Source: Nitrospirota bacterium
GTDB taxonomy: Bacteria > Nitrospirota > UBA9217
NCBI GenBank assembly: GCA_963663225.1
Contig: OY760142.1
Coordinates: 64,001-128,000 of the forward strand
Length of the DNA: 64,000 nucleotides
Direction: 5' to 3'
Shown here: positions 38,481 to 49,002 of the stretch, in pieces
How the letters are laid out: each line of letters begins with the position of its first letter
Numbering within the stretch: the first letter of the stretch is position 1
The notes under the pieces: generated by a model
What the model saw: the letters and a program-made list of their open reading frames with translations, nothing else
Database searches by the model: none
What the model was told of the DNA's origin: nothing
Translations under genes and position numbers: made by a program

Positions 38481-39806
38481 TTATCGTGCCGGAAGAGCAA
38501 GTCGAAAGCCTATTGTCTGGTCGGCTCTCCGATTGGATTTTTTCTCCCGCTTTGTTGTTCGGACATCCTTCGCACGGTCTTTGAATGAGCCACCACGGTA
38601 TACACGGTCACCGCGTCCTGAACCAACAGGGTTCATTCTCGGGCTTTCCTTGTAATATCCGCTGTCATATACGTCGGCAACCCATTCTGCCACGTTCCCC
38701 GTCATATCATACAGCCCATAGGAATTTGGCCGTTTCTGACCGACCGGCCGGTGGTCTCTGCTCGAATTATCATTATACCAGGCAAAATTTCCGAGATCAG
38801 ATTCGTTGTTCGTACCCGCCCATTTGTATTTTCTTCCACCGCTCCGGGCCGCATACTCCCACTCTGCTTCGGTAGGCAGCCGATAATTTCTGCCTGTTTT
38901 CTGGTTTAGTTCTTTTATGAAATCTTCCACGTCATTCCAACTCACATCTTCTACGGGATCCGTGTCGCTATTTTTGTTCTTGGAAGGATTTTTTCCTTTC
39001 AGAGCTTTCCACTGTCCCTGAGTCACTTCGTATCTTCCCAGATAAAAATTACTCATACAGACTTCATGCACAGGCCGTTCTTCACGGTCTCCCTCTTCAT
39101 CCCCCATCTGAAAGCAACCACCTTTGATCAGAACAAATTCCATTCCGGTAACCGGATCTTTATACGTAACACCCGATGGTGGTGCGATATAAACCGGTTC
39201 CTGGGGAAGCGGCTCAACCCGCTCCGGCAAAGGCTCCGGCGCTGGTTTTGGGGCAGGTTTCGGAGCAGGAGCAGGTTCAGCCATGGGCATTTCTGCAGGA
39301 GCAGGACCCACCGTTATCAACTTATTCGCAACCCGTTTTGTTGATTCTATCAATTCATCAAGCTCGCATTTACAGGTATCTTCTTCGACCCGCTCAGTTT
39401 CTCCGGATTCAATGTTTACCAAAGAGAGTGAAATAAAATACGTTTTGCCGACGATACCGATGGAACCTATGATGATTTTTCCGACACCGAGAAACTGGCC
39501 GGCCTCTACCGCGCGCTCTTTCACAACACTGCCGGTCATTTGAAACGCCTGTTCTTTCAGTATTCTGTCCATATTCGCCCGGTCCATCACTTTGAACCTG
39601 CCTGATTTGACGATCACATTTCGGACACTGTCAGAAAGGGGCCGGGAAATATCATGATCAAGTTTCCCGACAATGTCGAAATCGAAAATGGCAACGTAAT
39701 TCGAAAGATTTTTCTGTGGTTTGCCGGGCTTTACAGACTTTTGCGCTGCAAGCGGATCTGACGCCATAAGGAAAAGAAGAGATAACGCTATCAAAAAAGA
39801 GCGCAT
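38481..39806 (-). CDS. Exported CsgG/TolB_N-like domain + FGE-sulfatase (SUMF1) domain protein
   Basis: DRANMDRILKEQ, Pro-rich linker, F.MG, YEVTQGQW, RLPTEAEWEYAAR, GLYDMTGNVAEW, GFRL. Confidence 0.88.
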   Translation of the reverse strand: MRSFLIALSLLFLMASDPLAAQKSVKPGKPQKNLSNYVAIFDFDIVGKLDHDISRPLSDSVRNVIVKSGRFKVMDRANMDRILKEQAFQMTGSVVKERAVEAGQFLGVGKIIIGSIGIVGKTYFISLSLVNIESGETERVEEDTCKCELDELIESTKRVANKLITVGPAPAEMPMAEPAPAPKPAPKPAPEPLPERVEPLPQEPVYIAPPSGVTYKDPVTGMEFVLIKGGCFQMGDEEGDREERPVHEVCMSNFYLGRYEVTQGQWKALKGKNPSKNKNSDTDPVEDVSWNDVEDFIKELNQKTGRNYRLPTEAEWEYAARSGGRKYKWAGTNNESDLGNFAWYNDNSSRDHRPVGQKRPNSYGLYDMTGNVAEWVADVYDSGYYKESPRMNPVGSGRGDRVYRGGSFKDRAKDVRTTKREKKSNRRADQTIGFRLALPAR

Positions 39807-40020
39807 GGTACCTCCCTGCTCAGCAGGCACATGTAATAAAAATGTGAAAACAAAACCATAAAACTATGATATGACAGAATTTTATACTATCTCCGCAGGG
39901 TTGTCAACACTAGGGAAACAGCGTGATAGATGAGTGAAATTTGTTCAGCTGTTTGCTTCTTATGGATGGAAAAGTTTTCAATTTCAAGATTATATTTATA
40001 CGCCGGCGTCTTTCATCACG

Positions 40021-40515
40021 TTACGAGACGCCGCATTCGGATGTATCTCCCTTAATTTTTTCAACAATATGGGGCATCGCAGCAAGAATGACTTCAAGAT
40101 TTTCAGCGGCAGCCCGAGGGCTTCCAGGGAGGTTTACGATAAGAGTTTTATTTCTGATGCCGGCAACAGCACGTGATATCATGGCATGGGGCGTTTTTTT
40201 TAAACTTTCCATGCGCATAGCTTCAGCCATTCCGGGGATATCACGGTCGATAACAGCCCGTGTGGCCTCAGGCGTTACATCACGGGGAGCAACACCTGTG
40301 CCGCCCGTAGTCAGAATGATGTCGATCTCGCCGGAATCCGCGAGACGCTTCAGTGCCTCAATGATCCGAAGCTGCTCGTCGGGAAGCACTTCATAATGCA
40401 CGATGGTAGCACCGATACGGGCCATCATGTCCTGAATTCTTTTTCCGCTCACATCCTCTCTCTTTCCGGCAGCCCCCTTGTCACTCAAGGTTATTATCGC
40501 AGTTCGCATGCTCAT
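40021..40515 (-). CDS. mog: Molybdopterin adenylyltransferase (MogA/MoaB)
   Basis: ITLSD, REDVSG, TTGGTG..PRDVTPEAT, NLPGSP. Confidence 0.92.
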   Translation of the reverse strand: MSMRTAIITLSDKGAAGKREDVSGKRIQDMMARIGATIVHYEVLPDEQLRIIEALKRLADSGEIDIILTTGGTGVAPRDVTPEATRAVIDRDIPGMAEAMRMESLKKTPHAMISRAVAGIRNKTLIVNLPGSPRAAAENLEVILAAMPHIVEKIKGDTSECGVS

Positions 40516-40584
40516 ATTGTGCAGACCTCTGTTCGTATTTATCCTGTTTTGTAAAACTGCGGTATACACACCGCAAAAACCCGT

Positions 40585-42003
40585 TTATGCCACAACACCG
40601 CCTACCGTAATCTCCGGAATTCTGATCGTCGGTTGTGCATCGCTCACCGGTGCTCCCTGCCCGTCCTTTCCGCATGTGCCGATAGAAAAACCAAGATCTG
40701 AACCGACCAGATCAATCGACATGAGCACCTGGGGGCCGTTTCCTATAAGAGTGGCGCCCCGAACTGGTTCTCCGATGACTCCGTTCTCGATCAAATAACC
40801 TTCGCTCACTTCGAAAACAAAATCACCATTCACCGTGTTTACCTGTCCACCGCCCATTTTTTTGACATAAAGCCCGTTCGGTGTTGATCTCACAATTTCC
40901 GCGGGGTCTGAGTCGCCGGGAAGAATCATAGTATTCGTCATTCTCGGAATCGGGCGGTGTTTGTATGATTCCCGCCTGCCATTGCCGGTGGAACAGACGC
41001 CGTCTTTCGCCGCAGTCAGACGGTCATAAAGATACGTTTTGAGAATACCCTTATCGACCAGGAGCGTACGCTCTGCATCAACTCCTTCATCATCGAACCG
41101 GAATGAACCGCGTTTTCCTTCAAGCGTGGCATCATCCACCACGGAGACGAGAGGAGACGCGATACAATCGCCAAGTCTGTTCGAATAGACCGACAAGCCG
41201 GATTGGGCCAGATCTGCTTCGAGTCCGTGTCCGACAGCTTCATGGATCATGGTCCCGCCGGCATCCGAAGAGAGGACCACAGGCATCTTGCCGGCAGGCG
41301 GTTTTCGGGCCGACAGCATCATCACGGCGCGCCGGGCGGCCGTTTCAGCTGTTTGCTCCAAAGGGCAGGCATCGAACAGTTCCATGCCGGTAATGCCGCC
41401 TATGGATTCGTACCCCGTCTGGACGATATCTTCCTGCGCAGCAACAACATGGACTAGCGCGGTAAGATACGTGCAGTCATCTTCAGTAATAAAACCGTCC
41501 GAGTTTGCAATGAGAACCTGCCGATGATGCTGTCGATAGAGCACCTGCACCTGCCTGATGCGCTTGTCGAATGCGCGCGCCACCTTGTTTGCGTCAAGCA
41601 CCAAGACAACTTTCTCGGTTGTTGAAACGTTTTCGGGGTCTTTTGCGATAGTAAAATTAATGCGTGGACTCTTGGTGCGAAGATCAAGAGGAGAATACCG
41701 TGCATCCCCCGCCATGGCCTGCCGCACCGAGTCAGCAAGTTCCAGAAGGGATTCTGTCGTTATTTCGTTCGTGTAGGCATACACGGTCCGGTGCCCGTAA
41801 AGAAGCCGAAGTCCTGCCCCCTGGTCGATCCCCGAAAGGATCTTTTCAATCTTGTTGTCTTCACACACAAGAGAGAATGGCTGGTTGCGTTCTATGAAAA
41901 TATCTGCGAAATCGCCGCCGTTACTCAGTACTTTTTTTAAAACAGCGGAGAAGTCTATGTGAAGGTCCAAAATTTCTCTCTCTTTTCCTGGTCCCGACAG
42001 CAA
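40585..42003 (-). CDS. tldD: TldD-family metalloprotease
   Basis: HEAVGHGLEAD, FDDEG, GNGRRES, PRMTNT, CGKDGQ. Confidence 0.93.
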   Translation of the reverse strand: MLSGPGKEREILDLHIDFSAVLKKVLSNGGDFADIFIERNQPFSLVCEDNKIEKILSGIDQGAGLRLLYGHRTVYAYTNEITTESLLELADSVRQAMAGDARYSPLDLRTKSPRINFTIAKDPENVSTTEKVVLVLDANKVARAFDKRIRQVQVLYRQHHRQVLIANSDGFITEDDCTYLTALVHVVAAQEDIVQTGYESIGGITGMELFDACPLEQTAETAARRAVMMLSARKPPAGKMPVVLSSDAGGTMIHEAVGHGLEADLAQSGLSVYSNRLGDCIASPLVSVVDDATLEGKRGSFRFDDEGVDAERTLLVDKGILKTYLYDRLTAAKDGVCSTGNGRRESYKHRPIPRMTNTMILPGDSDPAEIVRSTPNGLYVKKMGGGQVNTVNGDFVFEVSEGYLIENGVIGEPVRGATLIGNGPQVLMSIDLVGSDLGFSIGTCGKDGQGAPVSDAQPTIRIPEITVGGVVA

Positions 42004-42292
42004 AATATCCTGCTGTCGTGGCCATATCCATTCAGCCTCTTACGGCTTCATTGCGCTTATTGTATCATGTTTGGCGATCAATACCAATGGAAAGCAATAG
42101 AAAACAACCGGTACGCATTTTTATAAGAAACAGCTGGAGCATTTGAATATTTTTGGGACTCCCATTCATTCAAGAATGACTGGGAGAAACTGGAGCAACA
42201 ATGTTACCTTCCGACTTGACAAAAGAATAAAATAAGGATACTTTCTAACACATCGCAGCTTACATAAAAATTTTCCTACATATACCAAACTC

Positions 42293-42661
42293 ATGAAACA
42301 GAAAAAAATTTTACTCGTAGATGATAATGAAAACATTCGGGATGCGCTTATCCCTCTCCTTGAACGGGAAGGATTTAAAATTTCTATAGCCGCAGACGGC
42401 ATCGAAGCGCTCAGGGAAGCCAGGGAAACACTGCCGGACATCCTTTTGCTGGATATTATGATCCCGAAAATCGACGGTTATGACGTCTGCCGCATCATCA
42501 AGAACGATCCGGCGTTGAAAAAAATACGCATCATCATGTTGACCGCAAAGGGCCAGGCACATGAGCAGGAACGAGGCAAGGAAGTCGGTGCAGATGCCTA
42601 TATTGTGAAGCCATTCAGTCCGCTTGAGGTCTTGTCCAACATCAAAAAAATTATTTTCTGA
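42293..42661 (+). CDS. Single-domain response regulator
   Basis: LLVDD, LLDIMIP..DG, MLTA, KPF. Confidence 0.92.
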   Translation: MKQKKILLVDDNENIRDALIPLLEREGFKISIAADGIEALREARETLPDILLLDIMIPKIDGYDVCRIIKNDPALKKIRIIMLTAKGQAHEQERGKEVGADAYIVKPFSPLEVLSNIKKIIF

Positions 42662-42719
42662 TGCGCCGGACGATCCTGTGGTCAAACAGGACTTAACCTG
42701 CTCCGTTTTTGTCGTCCGT

Positions 42720-42932
42720 TTATTGGAGTCCTTCCCCGCCCCAGCCACGGGAGTTCTCTGCAACCGACGCGAGTTTGATCGCACTCACAGACGAAGCGGG
42801 CAAGGTTATCCATTGCATTACCCCTTTCAGATGCACTTCCGTATCGGACACCTCAATCAATACACCTGAATACTGCACTCCGTTGGCTATTACCACTACC
42901 TCTTTTCCCAGCATATGTTGTATTTCAGCCAT
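42720..42932 (-). CDS. Small beta-rich protein, possible Sm/LSm-like fold
   Basis: LGKEVVVIANGVQYSGVLIEVSDTEVHLK; AGGAG RBS. Confidence 0.6.
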   Translation of the reverse strand: MAEIQHMLGKEVVVIANGVQYSGVLIEVSDTEVHLKGVMQWITLPASSVSAIKLASVAENSRGWGGEGLQ

Positions 42933-43000
42933 AAGCACTCCTTGAGAAGCGGCATGAAAGCCGTATTTTAAATTATGCCGAGATTATAATCAATCAGGGA

Positions 43001-44317
43001 TCATATTTCCAGCCTGCCCCAGGTTTCTTTTCGATATCTCCACAGCAGAATGGACATGCGCACGATCCAGTCAAGGATCATTACCGACCAGACAATATGA
43101 ATTTCCGCACTAAAAACTGTCGCGAGCAGCGCGGCTATAGGAATTCTCACAAACCACATTCCGGCCAGCGTAGCCAGCATGATAAACCCCGTATCTCCTG
43201 CGCCTCTCAGTGAGCCACCCAGCACCAGAGTTATGGCAAGCGGAATCTGCGCGAATGCAACAATTTTCATGTACAGGATCCCGTATCTGATCACTTCAGG
43301 ATCACTGGTAAATGTATGAAGCAGGGCAAAGGGAAAGAAAAAGAACACCAGACCCATGGCCGCCATCAGGATGACCGCGAGCCGGTTCGCTTCATAGGCT
43401 GAAATGCGAGCATGTTCCGGTTTTCCCGCGCCCAGATTCTGCCCCACCATGGTTGCCGCTGCTACGGCTATACCGTAACCGGGCATAAAAGAAAAAGCTT
43501 CAATGGCCAGTCCCACCTGATGAGCCGCATATACGGCAGTTCCATACAGCAAAACCACTTTTGCGAACACCAATGCTCCGATATTTTGCAGCAACCGATC
43601 GATAAAAATAGGATATCCCAGCCGGCATGTCATCACGGTATATTTCAGCTCGAGATTTTTATCGATAATAATAAATCGTTTATGCAATGATCGGAAAAAC
43701 AGGAACACCGCCCCCATGCCTTCGGAAACGGCAATGGCAACGGCGGCTCCCTGCACCCCCATCTTCGGGAAACCGAGATACCCGTAAATCAGCGGATAGG
43801 CCACGAGAACATGCAGAATATTCACGATGATCGTTGCATAGAGCGGGGTTTTCGTATCTCCGGTCCCCTGCATGATTCCGGCGAGCACATTTATCGCGAT
43901 ACTGAAGAAAATAAATGAAAAGATAATAACGGTATACTTGGAAAGAATATTCTGGAGCTCAGAATCGGCGCCAAGCAAAACAGCGATCCGTCCGCCAAAC
44001 GGAATCCCAAGAAGCATGATGATTATCGCAGCAGCCACTGCAAGCAGCATTGCCTGATACGCCGCTTTTGCAGCATCTACCTTTCTGCCTGCACCCCACA
44101 ACTGTGCCACCAGAACCGTGACGCCTATGTTGATTCCCCAGGAGATGCTCATGGCCACGAACACCATGACCTGCGCAAGCCCGACGGCGGCTATTGATGC
44201 CGCACCCAGGCCGCCGACAAGGAAAATGTCAACAATGCCGACCGAACGCTGGAGCAGGCTGGAGAGCACTACCGGCAGAGCGAGAGAAAAAACTTGTTTT
44301 CGGATATACTGTTGCAT
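43001..44317 (-). CDS. MATE family efflux transporter
   Basis: LALPV, D..LVG.LG, GTGDTKTP, GQNLGAG, RGAGDT; start uncertain. Confidence 0.92.
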   Translation of the reverse strand: MQQYIRKQVFSLALPVVLSSLLQRSVGIVDIFLVGGLGAASIAAVGLAQVMVFVAMSISWGINIGVTVLVAQLWGAGRKVDAAKAAYQAMLLAVAAAIIIMLLGIPFGGRIAVLLGADSELQNILSKYTVIIFSFIFFSIAINVLAGIMQGTGDTKTPLYATIIVNILHVLVAYPLIYGYLGFPKMGVQGAAVAIAVSEGMGAVFLFFRSLHKRFIIIDKNLELKYTVMTCRLGYPIFIDRLLQNIGALVFAKVVLLYGTAVYAAHQVGLAIEAFSFMPGYGIAVAAATMVGQNLGAGKPEHARISAYEANRLAVILMAAMGLVFFFFPFALLHTFTSDPEVIRYGILYMKIVAFAQIPLAITLVLGGSLRGAGDTGFIMLATLAGMWFVRIPIAALLATVFSAEIHIVWSVMILDWIVRMSILLWRYRKETWGRLEI

Positions 44318-44504
44318 GAGAGATAAAACAAACCACGGTTTGAAATAGTGACGCGCGATTCGCCTGAGAAATGTGCAGATGCAAAACACGGTGACCGGCT
44401 TGCTGCATGCAGAAACGATCACGGTTATCCGCAAAATGAATGAGCAGAACTCTTGACTGCCGGAGAAACAAAACTTCTTCGTACTGCAATCCGTGGGTAT
44501 TATC

Positions 44505-45503
44505 TCAGCAGATTCTGGGGAGTTGCTCTCCCTGCAGCATATCTATGACCCGGCTGCCGCCGATGGCTGTTTCGAGAAGAACCGTTCCGGCAGGAGCGGC
44601 TGCTACTTCCCCGATGATTTCCGCGTGCCGTCCGCCGTCGTGGCTCCGCATGGCGGCAAGCACCGATTCTGCTGCAGTATGTTCTACGACGGCAATGAGA
44701 ATTCCTTCATTGGCCACATACAGCGGGTCCAGACCAAGGAGTCCGCAGGCGCCCTTGACTCCCGGAGGGACAGGAAGTGACGGCTCGTGGATACGCATGC
44801 ACATCCCCGATTCGAGCGCTGCTTCCTTAAGCGTAGTGGCAAGTCCGCCCCGGGTAGGATCACGCATAAAATGTATTTGCCCGGAGGCATCGTACATCGA
44901 TTTGACAAGGCCATGCAACGGCCGCGTATCGCTCAGGATCGGGGGATCAAACGTCAGTCCATTGCGTTCGGCGATGACAGCAGTTCCATGGCTGCCGATG
45001 TCTCCGCTGATGATGATTTTATCGCCGCTTTTTATTTGAGAAGCCGATATGACGCGTCCGTCAGGCATATGCCCAATGCCGGACGTATTTATGAAAATTC
45101 CATCTGCCTTTCCTTTATTCACCACTTTCGTATCGCCGGCGACGATTTTAATCCCTGCTTTTCCGGCCGCCTCCGACATCGATACAATGATCTTTTCAAG
45201 GTCCGCAAAAGGCAGGCCTTCCTCGATAATGAATCCGGTAGTGAGAAACAGCGGTTCTGCGCCGGACACCGCCAGATCATTTATGGTGCCGTTTACTGCA
45301 AGGTCTCCGATATTGCCGCCCGGAAAGAACAGTGGAGTAACAACATAGGAATCCGTGGTATACGCGATTTTCGTAGACGGCAATGCTACAACCGCAGAGT
45401 CTCCGGCCCCTTCAATGCCGAAAGCCGGGCTGAAGTGCCTGCGGATCAAATCATGCATAAGTTTGCCGCCGCTGCCGTGTCCAAGAAGTATTCTGTCCAA
45501 CAC
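44505..45503 (-). CDS. hypE: Hydrogenase maturation protein HypE
   Basis: HGSGG, TTDSYVV.PLFFPGGNIG, RDPTRGG, terminal LPRIC. Confidence 0.97.
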   Translation of the reverse strand: MLDRILLGHGSGGKLMHDLIRRHFSPAFGIEGAGDSAVVALPSTKIAYTTDSYVVTPLFFPGGNIGDLAVNGTINDLAVSGAEPLFLTTGFIIEEGLPFADLEKIIVSMSEAAGKAGIKIVAGDTKVVNKGKADGIFINTSGIGHMPDGRVISASQIKSGDKIIISGDIGSHGTAVIAERNGLTFDPPILSDTRPLHGLVKSMYDASGQIHFMRDPTRGGLATTLKEAALESGMCMRIHEPSLPVPPGVKGACGLLGLDPLYVANEGILIAVVEHTAAESVLAAMRSHDGGRHAEIIGEVAAAPAGTVLLETAIGGSRVIDMLQGEQLPRIC

Positions 45504-45514
45504 TCGCTCCTCGA

Positions 45515-46573
45515 TCAGTGATGTCCGTATTTATAATATGCCGCGCAACTGCCTTCCGTGCTCACCATGCAGGGACCCACCGGGGTTTCGGGCGTGCAGC
45601 CCGTGCCGAAAAGGGGGCATTCGGTCGGCAGTTTCACCCCCCGGAGAATATCGCCGCAGGAGCACAGCTCCGGTTCCCGCGTATCCGTTACCGGAGGATT
45701 GAATTTTCTTTTCGCATCAAAAGAAGCGTACCGGTCCCTGACCTTAAGACCGCTCTTCGGGATGGGCCCGATGCCCCGCCAGTACGCGTCTGCAGGTTCA
45801 AAATACTGTTCGAGAAGTTCAACCGCCCGTGGATTGCCTTCTTCACGAACGACGGTACGATATTGAATTTCGATGGTTGCCCTTTTTAATGCGATCTGGC
45901 GCACAATCATCAGAACGCCTTCAATAATTTCTTTTGCTTCGAAACCGGTAATGACGGACGGCTTCTGATAGTGCGAGGCAACGAATTCATAGGGTTTCTT
46001 ACCGATAATAGCACTCACGTGTCCCGGAAGGATAAAGCCGTCCACCAGCACATCGGGAAAATCAAGCAGGGTTTTCAAGGCAGGAGGGACGAGTTTGAAC
46101 GCGGCATATACTGAAAAATTGCCGATCCCTGTCTGCTCGGCATGCGCAAGCGTGCCTGCAATGAGCGGAGATGTGGTCTCGAAACCGGTCCCGAAAAAAA
46201 CAACTTCCTTCTTGGGATTGTCCTGGGCGAGTTTAAGCGCATCCAGCGGGGAGTACAGCACCCGGATGTCCGCTCCTTCCGACCGTGCTTCCAGCATTGT
46301 TTCCTCGCCGCCCGGCACGCGCATCATGTCTCCGAAGGTCGTAAGAATAACCGAGGAGTTTTTCGCAATTGCGATGGCGGCGTCAATGTCATGAATCGAG
46401 GTGACGCATACCGGACAACCCGGGCCGCTCAGCAGGGTGATGTTTTTGGGAATGACGTCCCGTATGCCGTGGCGGAATATCTCCACCGTATGGGTCCCGC
46501 AAACTTCCATGAGTTTAAGCGGCCTGCTAATATGCTTCATCAGGCTATGCAGCTCTTCAAGCATCTGTTTCAT
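45515..46573 (-). CDS. hypD: Hydrogenase maturation protein HypD
   Basis: MEVCGTHT, GPGCPVC, GFETT, PGHVS, GPCMVSTEGSC. Confidence 0.97.
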   Translation of the reverse strand: MKQMLEELHSLMKHISRPLKLMEVCGTHTVEIFRHGIRDVIPKNITLLSGPGCPVCVTSIHDIDAAIAIAKNSSVILTTFGDMMRVPGGEETMLEARSEGADIRVLYSPLDALKLAQDNPKKEVVFFGTGFETTSPLIAGTLAHAEQTGIGNFSVYAAFKLVPPALKTLLDFPDVLVDGFILPGHVSAIIGKKPYEFVASHYQKPSVITGFEAKEIIEGVLMIVRQIALKRATIEIQYRTVVREEGNPRAVELLEQYFEPADAYWRGIGPIPKSGLKVRDRYASFDAKRKFNPPVTDTREPELCSCGDILRGVKLPTECPLFGTGCTPETPVGPCMVSTEGSCAAYYKYGHH

Positions 46574-49002
46574 AAGTTGTTGTTCCGTTTGATCCGCTCC
46601 CGGATCAGGTAAGCCTGTCCCAGAGAAATGCAGGCGTCGTTGGTCGGCACCTGCTGGTTGATAAAAACGTTTATATCGCCGGGCGCAAGCAGCCGGACTG
46701 TCCTTTCCAACAGATAACGGTTTTGAAACGTCCCGCCTGTCAAGGCCACGGTGTCCAGGCCGCTGGCCCGGGCCACTTTCTTTACCATCCGCCGAATGAC
46801 AGAGGCCACGGTATTGTGAAACTTCGTAGCAATGGATTCTTTCTTCTGGCCATCGGCTAGATCTTTGATAATCGACAGGATTGCGGGACTGAAATCTATG
46901 ACACTATAGCTTTTTTCGTCTTTGAACGCAACCTCATACTCTTCTTCAATTCCTTTTCGGGTAAAGGATTCCAGCGCAATTGCTGCTTCGCCTTCAAAGG
47001 TGTTCTTATCACAGACACCTGTAAGAGCGGCAACCGCTTCAAACAGTCTGCCGGCCCCGGAAGAAAGAGGAGAAAGCTCCTGCGACTGCGCAATACGCAT
47101 GATGTTTTGAACCGTTGTATCTCCGTATTTCCGGAAGAATCCGATCCGGTGGAGGCAATCTGCGGCGTCATGCTGCGCCGCCTGTATGACAAGACTCACC
47201 GCCGTCCTCCACGGTTCCCGTATGGCAGACTCTCCTCCCGGAAGAGGCATATAGCGAAACTGCCCAACCCGCTCAAAGCCTTCAATATCCGCAATTAAAA
47301 ATTCTCCTCCCCAGAGATTGCCGTCAGTACCGTAACCGGTGCCGTCTAGGGCCACGCCCATGATCTTGTTTTTGAGCCCGTGCTCGGCCATAACCGAACC
47401 CACATGCGCATAGTGATGTTGAATGCCGAACGTTTTTAAACCTGTCCGCTCGGCCTCGTTTATTGCCCATCGTGTAGTTCCGTACCCCGGATGCAGATCA
47501 TGGACGAAAACCAAGGGTTCTGCGCGGTATACCGCTTTTAAATTTTTCAGTGTCTCTTCATAGAACCGAAAGGTCTCATAGTTTTCCATGTCGCCGATAT
47601 GCTGGCTTGGAATCGCAAAAACGCCCTTCGTAAGAGTAAATGTGGTTTTGAGGTCTGCACCGCACCCGAGCACTTCCGGTCCGTCTTCGTGCAAAAAAAT
47701 CGGATCAGGCGCGTAGCCGCGCGACCGGCGAATAAATGAGATTATGGATCGGGAATTGCTGACCGTGTCCCCTTTTCTCTCTCCGAAGCCGGACGGACGT
47801 GAGTCTGATGAGGAAACGGATCCCGGAAATGCACAATCCGTAATCCTCAGGACAGAATCGTCCACGCGCATGAAGATGTCGCGGTTGTGAAACAAGAAAC
47901 CGTCAACAAACCCCGAAAGTTTTTGCAGCGCCTCATCATTGTCGCGCACGATAGGTTCTTCTGAAAGATTGCCGCTGGTCATTACCAGGGCATGAAAATG
48001 CGGTTTTTCGACAGGTTCTCCTGAATGCACCGGATGCCGGAACAGGAGGTCATGCAGCGGCGCATACGGAAGCATAACCCCGATAAATTGATTGTTCGGT
48101 GCCACAGCGTCCGAAAGAGAAAGACCGTTTTTTTTCTGCAAAAGGACGATGGGACGCCTGATGGAAAGCAGCAAGCCTTTTTCGGCATCTGAAATTCCGC
48201 AGAACCGCTGCGCTGACTCAACGGAAGGTGCCATGACGGCAAAAGGTTTGTTGTTTTTTCGTTTTCTTTCTCTTAGGCGTCTGACGGCGTTGTCGTTTGT
48301 TGCGTCGCAGGCAATATGAAATCCTCCGATGCCCTTGATCGCTATGGTCCCCCCTTCCCGCAGCAACTTGATTGCCGCAGGAATGGCATTCCCGCCCTGT
48401 ATCCCCTGCTTTGAATCCTGCATTCGAAACTCCACCCGCGGACCGCAGACAGGGCATGCATTGGGTTGGGCGTGAAACCGCCGGTCACGAGGTTCTTGAT
48501 ATTCCCGCATGCAGTCAGGACACATGGGAAATACCGACATGGTGGTGTTTGGCCTGTCATACGGAACTGACGTGGTAATGGAGTATCGCGGGCCGCAGTT
48601 CGTACAGTTGATAAAGGGATACAGATGACGGCGGTCCTGTGGGTCCAGCATCTCGTGCAGGCAGTCTTCGCAAACGGACACATCGGGGGAAACGAGCGTA
48701 AAGGGCAGGGAATCTTTCTGGTCGAGGCTTTGGCGTATGGAAAAATCCGAATACCCCTGCAGGGGAAGCGGTAGTGCGGAAAAGCCGGTGATATGGGAAA
48801 GCGGGGGCGCTTCTTCCCGAAGTTTTTGGACAAACACGGAGAGTTGTTCACCCTCCGCATCAATAAATACACCCTCGCTTGTGTTTGTTACGTATCCCTT
48901 GATATTAAGCGATGCGGCAAGGTTATAGACGAACGGCCGGAAGCCCACACCCTGCACGATGCCTTTGATTACGATTTGAGCCCGGCCAGCCATTGGGCCC
49001 AT
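46570..49002 (-). CDS. hypF: Carbamoyltransferase HypF
   Basis: GIVQGVGFRPF, CTNCGPRY, RRFHAQP, KGIGGFH, QHHYAH, DGTGYGTDG. Confidence 0.97.
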   Translation of the reverse strand: MGPMAGRAQIVIKGIVQGVGFRPFVYNLAASLNIKGYVTNTSEGVFIDAEGEQLSVFVQKLREEAPPLSHITGFSALPLPLQGYSDFSIRQSLDQKDSLPFTLVSPDVSVCEDCLHEMLDPQDRRHLYPFINCTNCGPRYSITTSVPYDRPNTTMSVFPMCPDCMREYQEPRDRRFHAQPNACPVCGPRVEFRMQDSKQGIQGGNAIPAAIKLLREGGTIAIKGIGGFHIACDATNDNAVRRLRERKRKNNKPFAVMAPSVESAQRFCGISDAEKGLLLSIRRPIVLLQKKNGLSLSDAVAPNNQFIGVMLPYAPLHDLLFRHPVHSGEPVEKPHFHALVMTSGNLSEEPIVRDNDEALQKLSGFVDGFLFHNRDIFMRVDDSVLRITDCAFPGSVSSSDSRPSGFGERKGDTVSNSRSIISFIRRSRGYAPDPIFLHEDGPEVLGCGADLKTTFTLTKGVFAIPSQHIGDMENYETFRFYEETLKNLKAVYRAEPLVFVHDLHPGYGTTRWAINEAERTGLKTFGIQHHYAHVGSVMAEHGLKNKIMGVALDGTGYGTDGNLWGGEFLIADIEGFERVGQFRYMPLPGGESAIREPWRTAVSLVIQAAQHDAADCLHRIGFFRKYGDTTVQNIMRIAQSQELSPLSSGAGRLFEAVAALTGVCDKNTFEGEAAIALESFTRKGIEEEYEVAFKDEKSYSVIDFSPAILSIIKDLADGQKKESIATKFHNTVASVIRRMVKKVARASGLDTVALTGGTFQNRYLLERTVRLLAPGDINVFINQQVPTNDACISLGQAYLIRERIKRNNNL

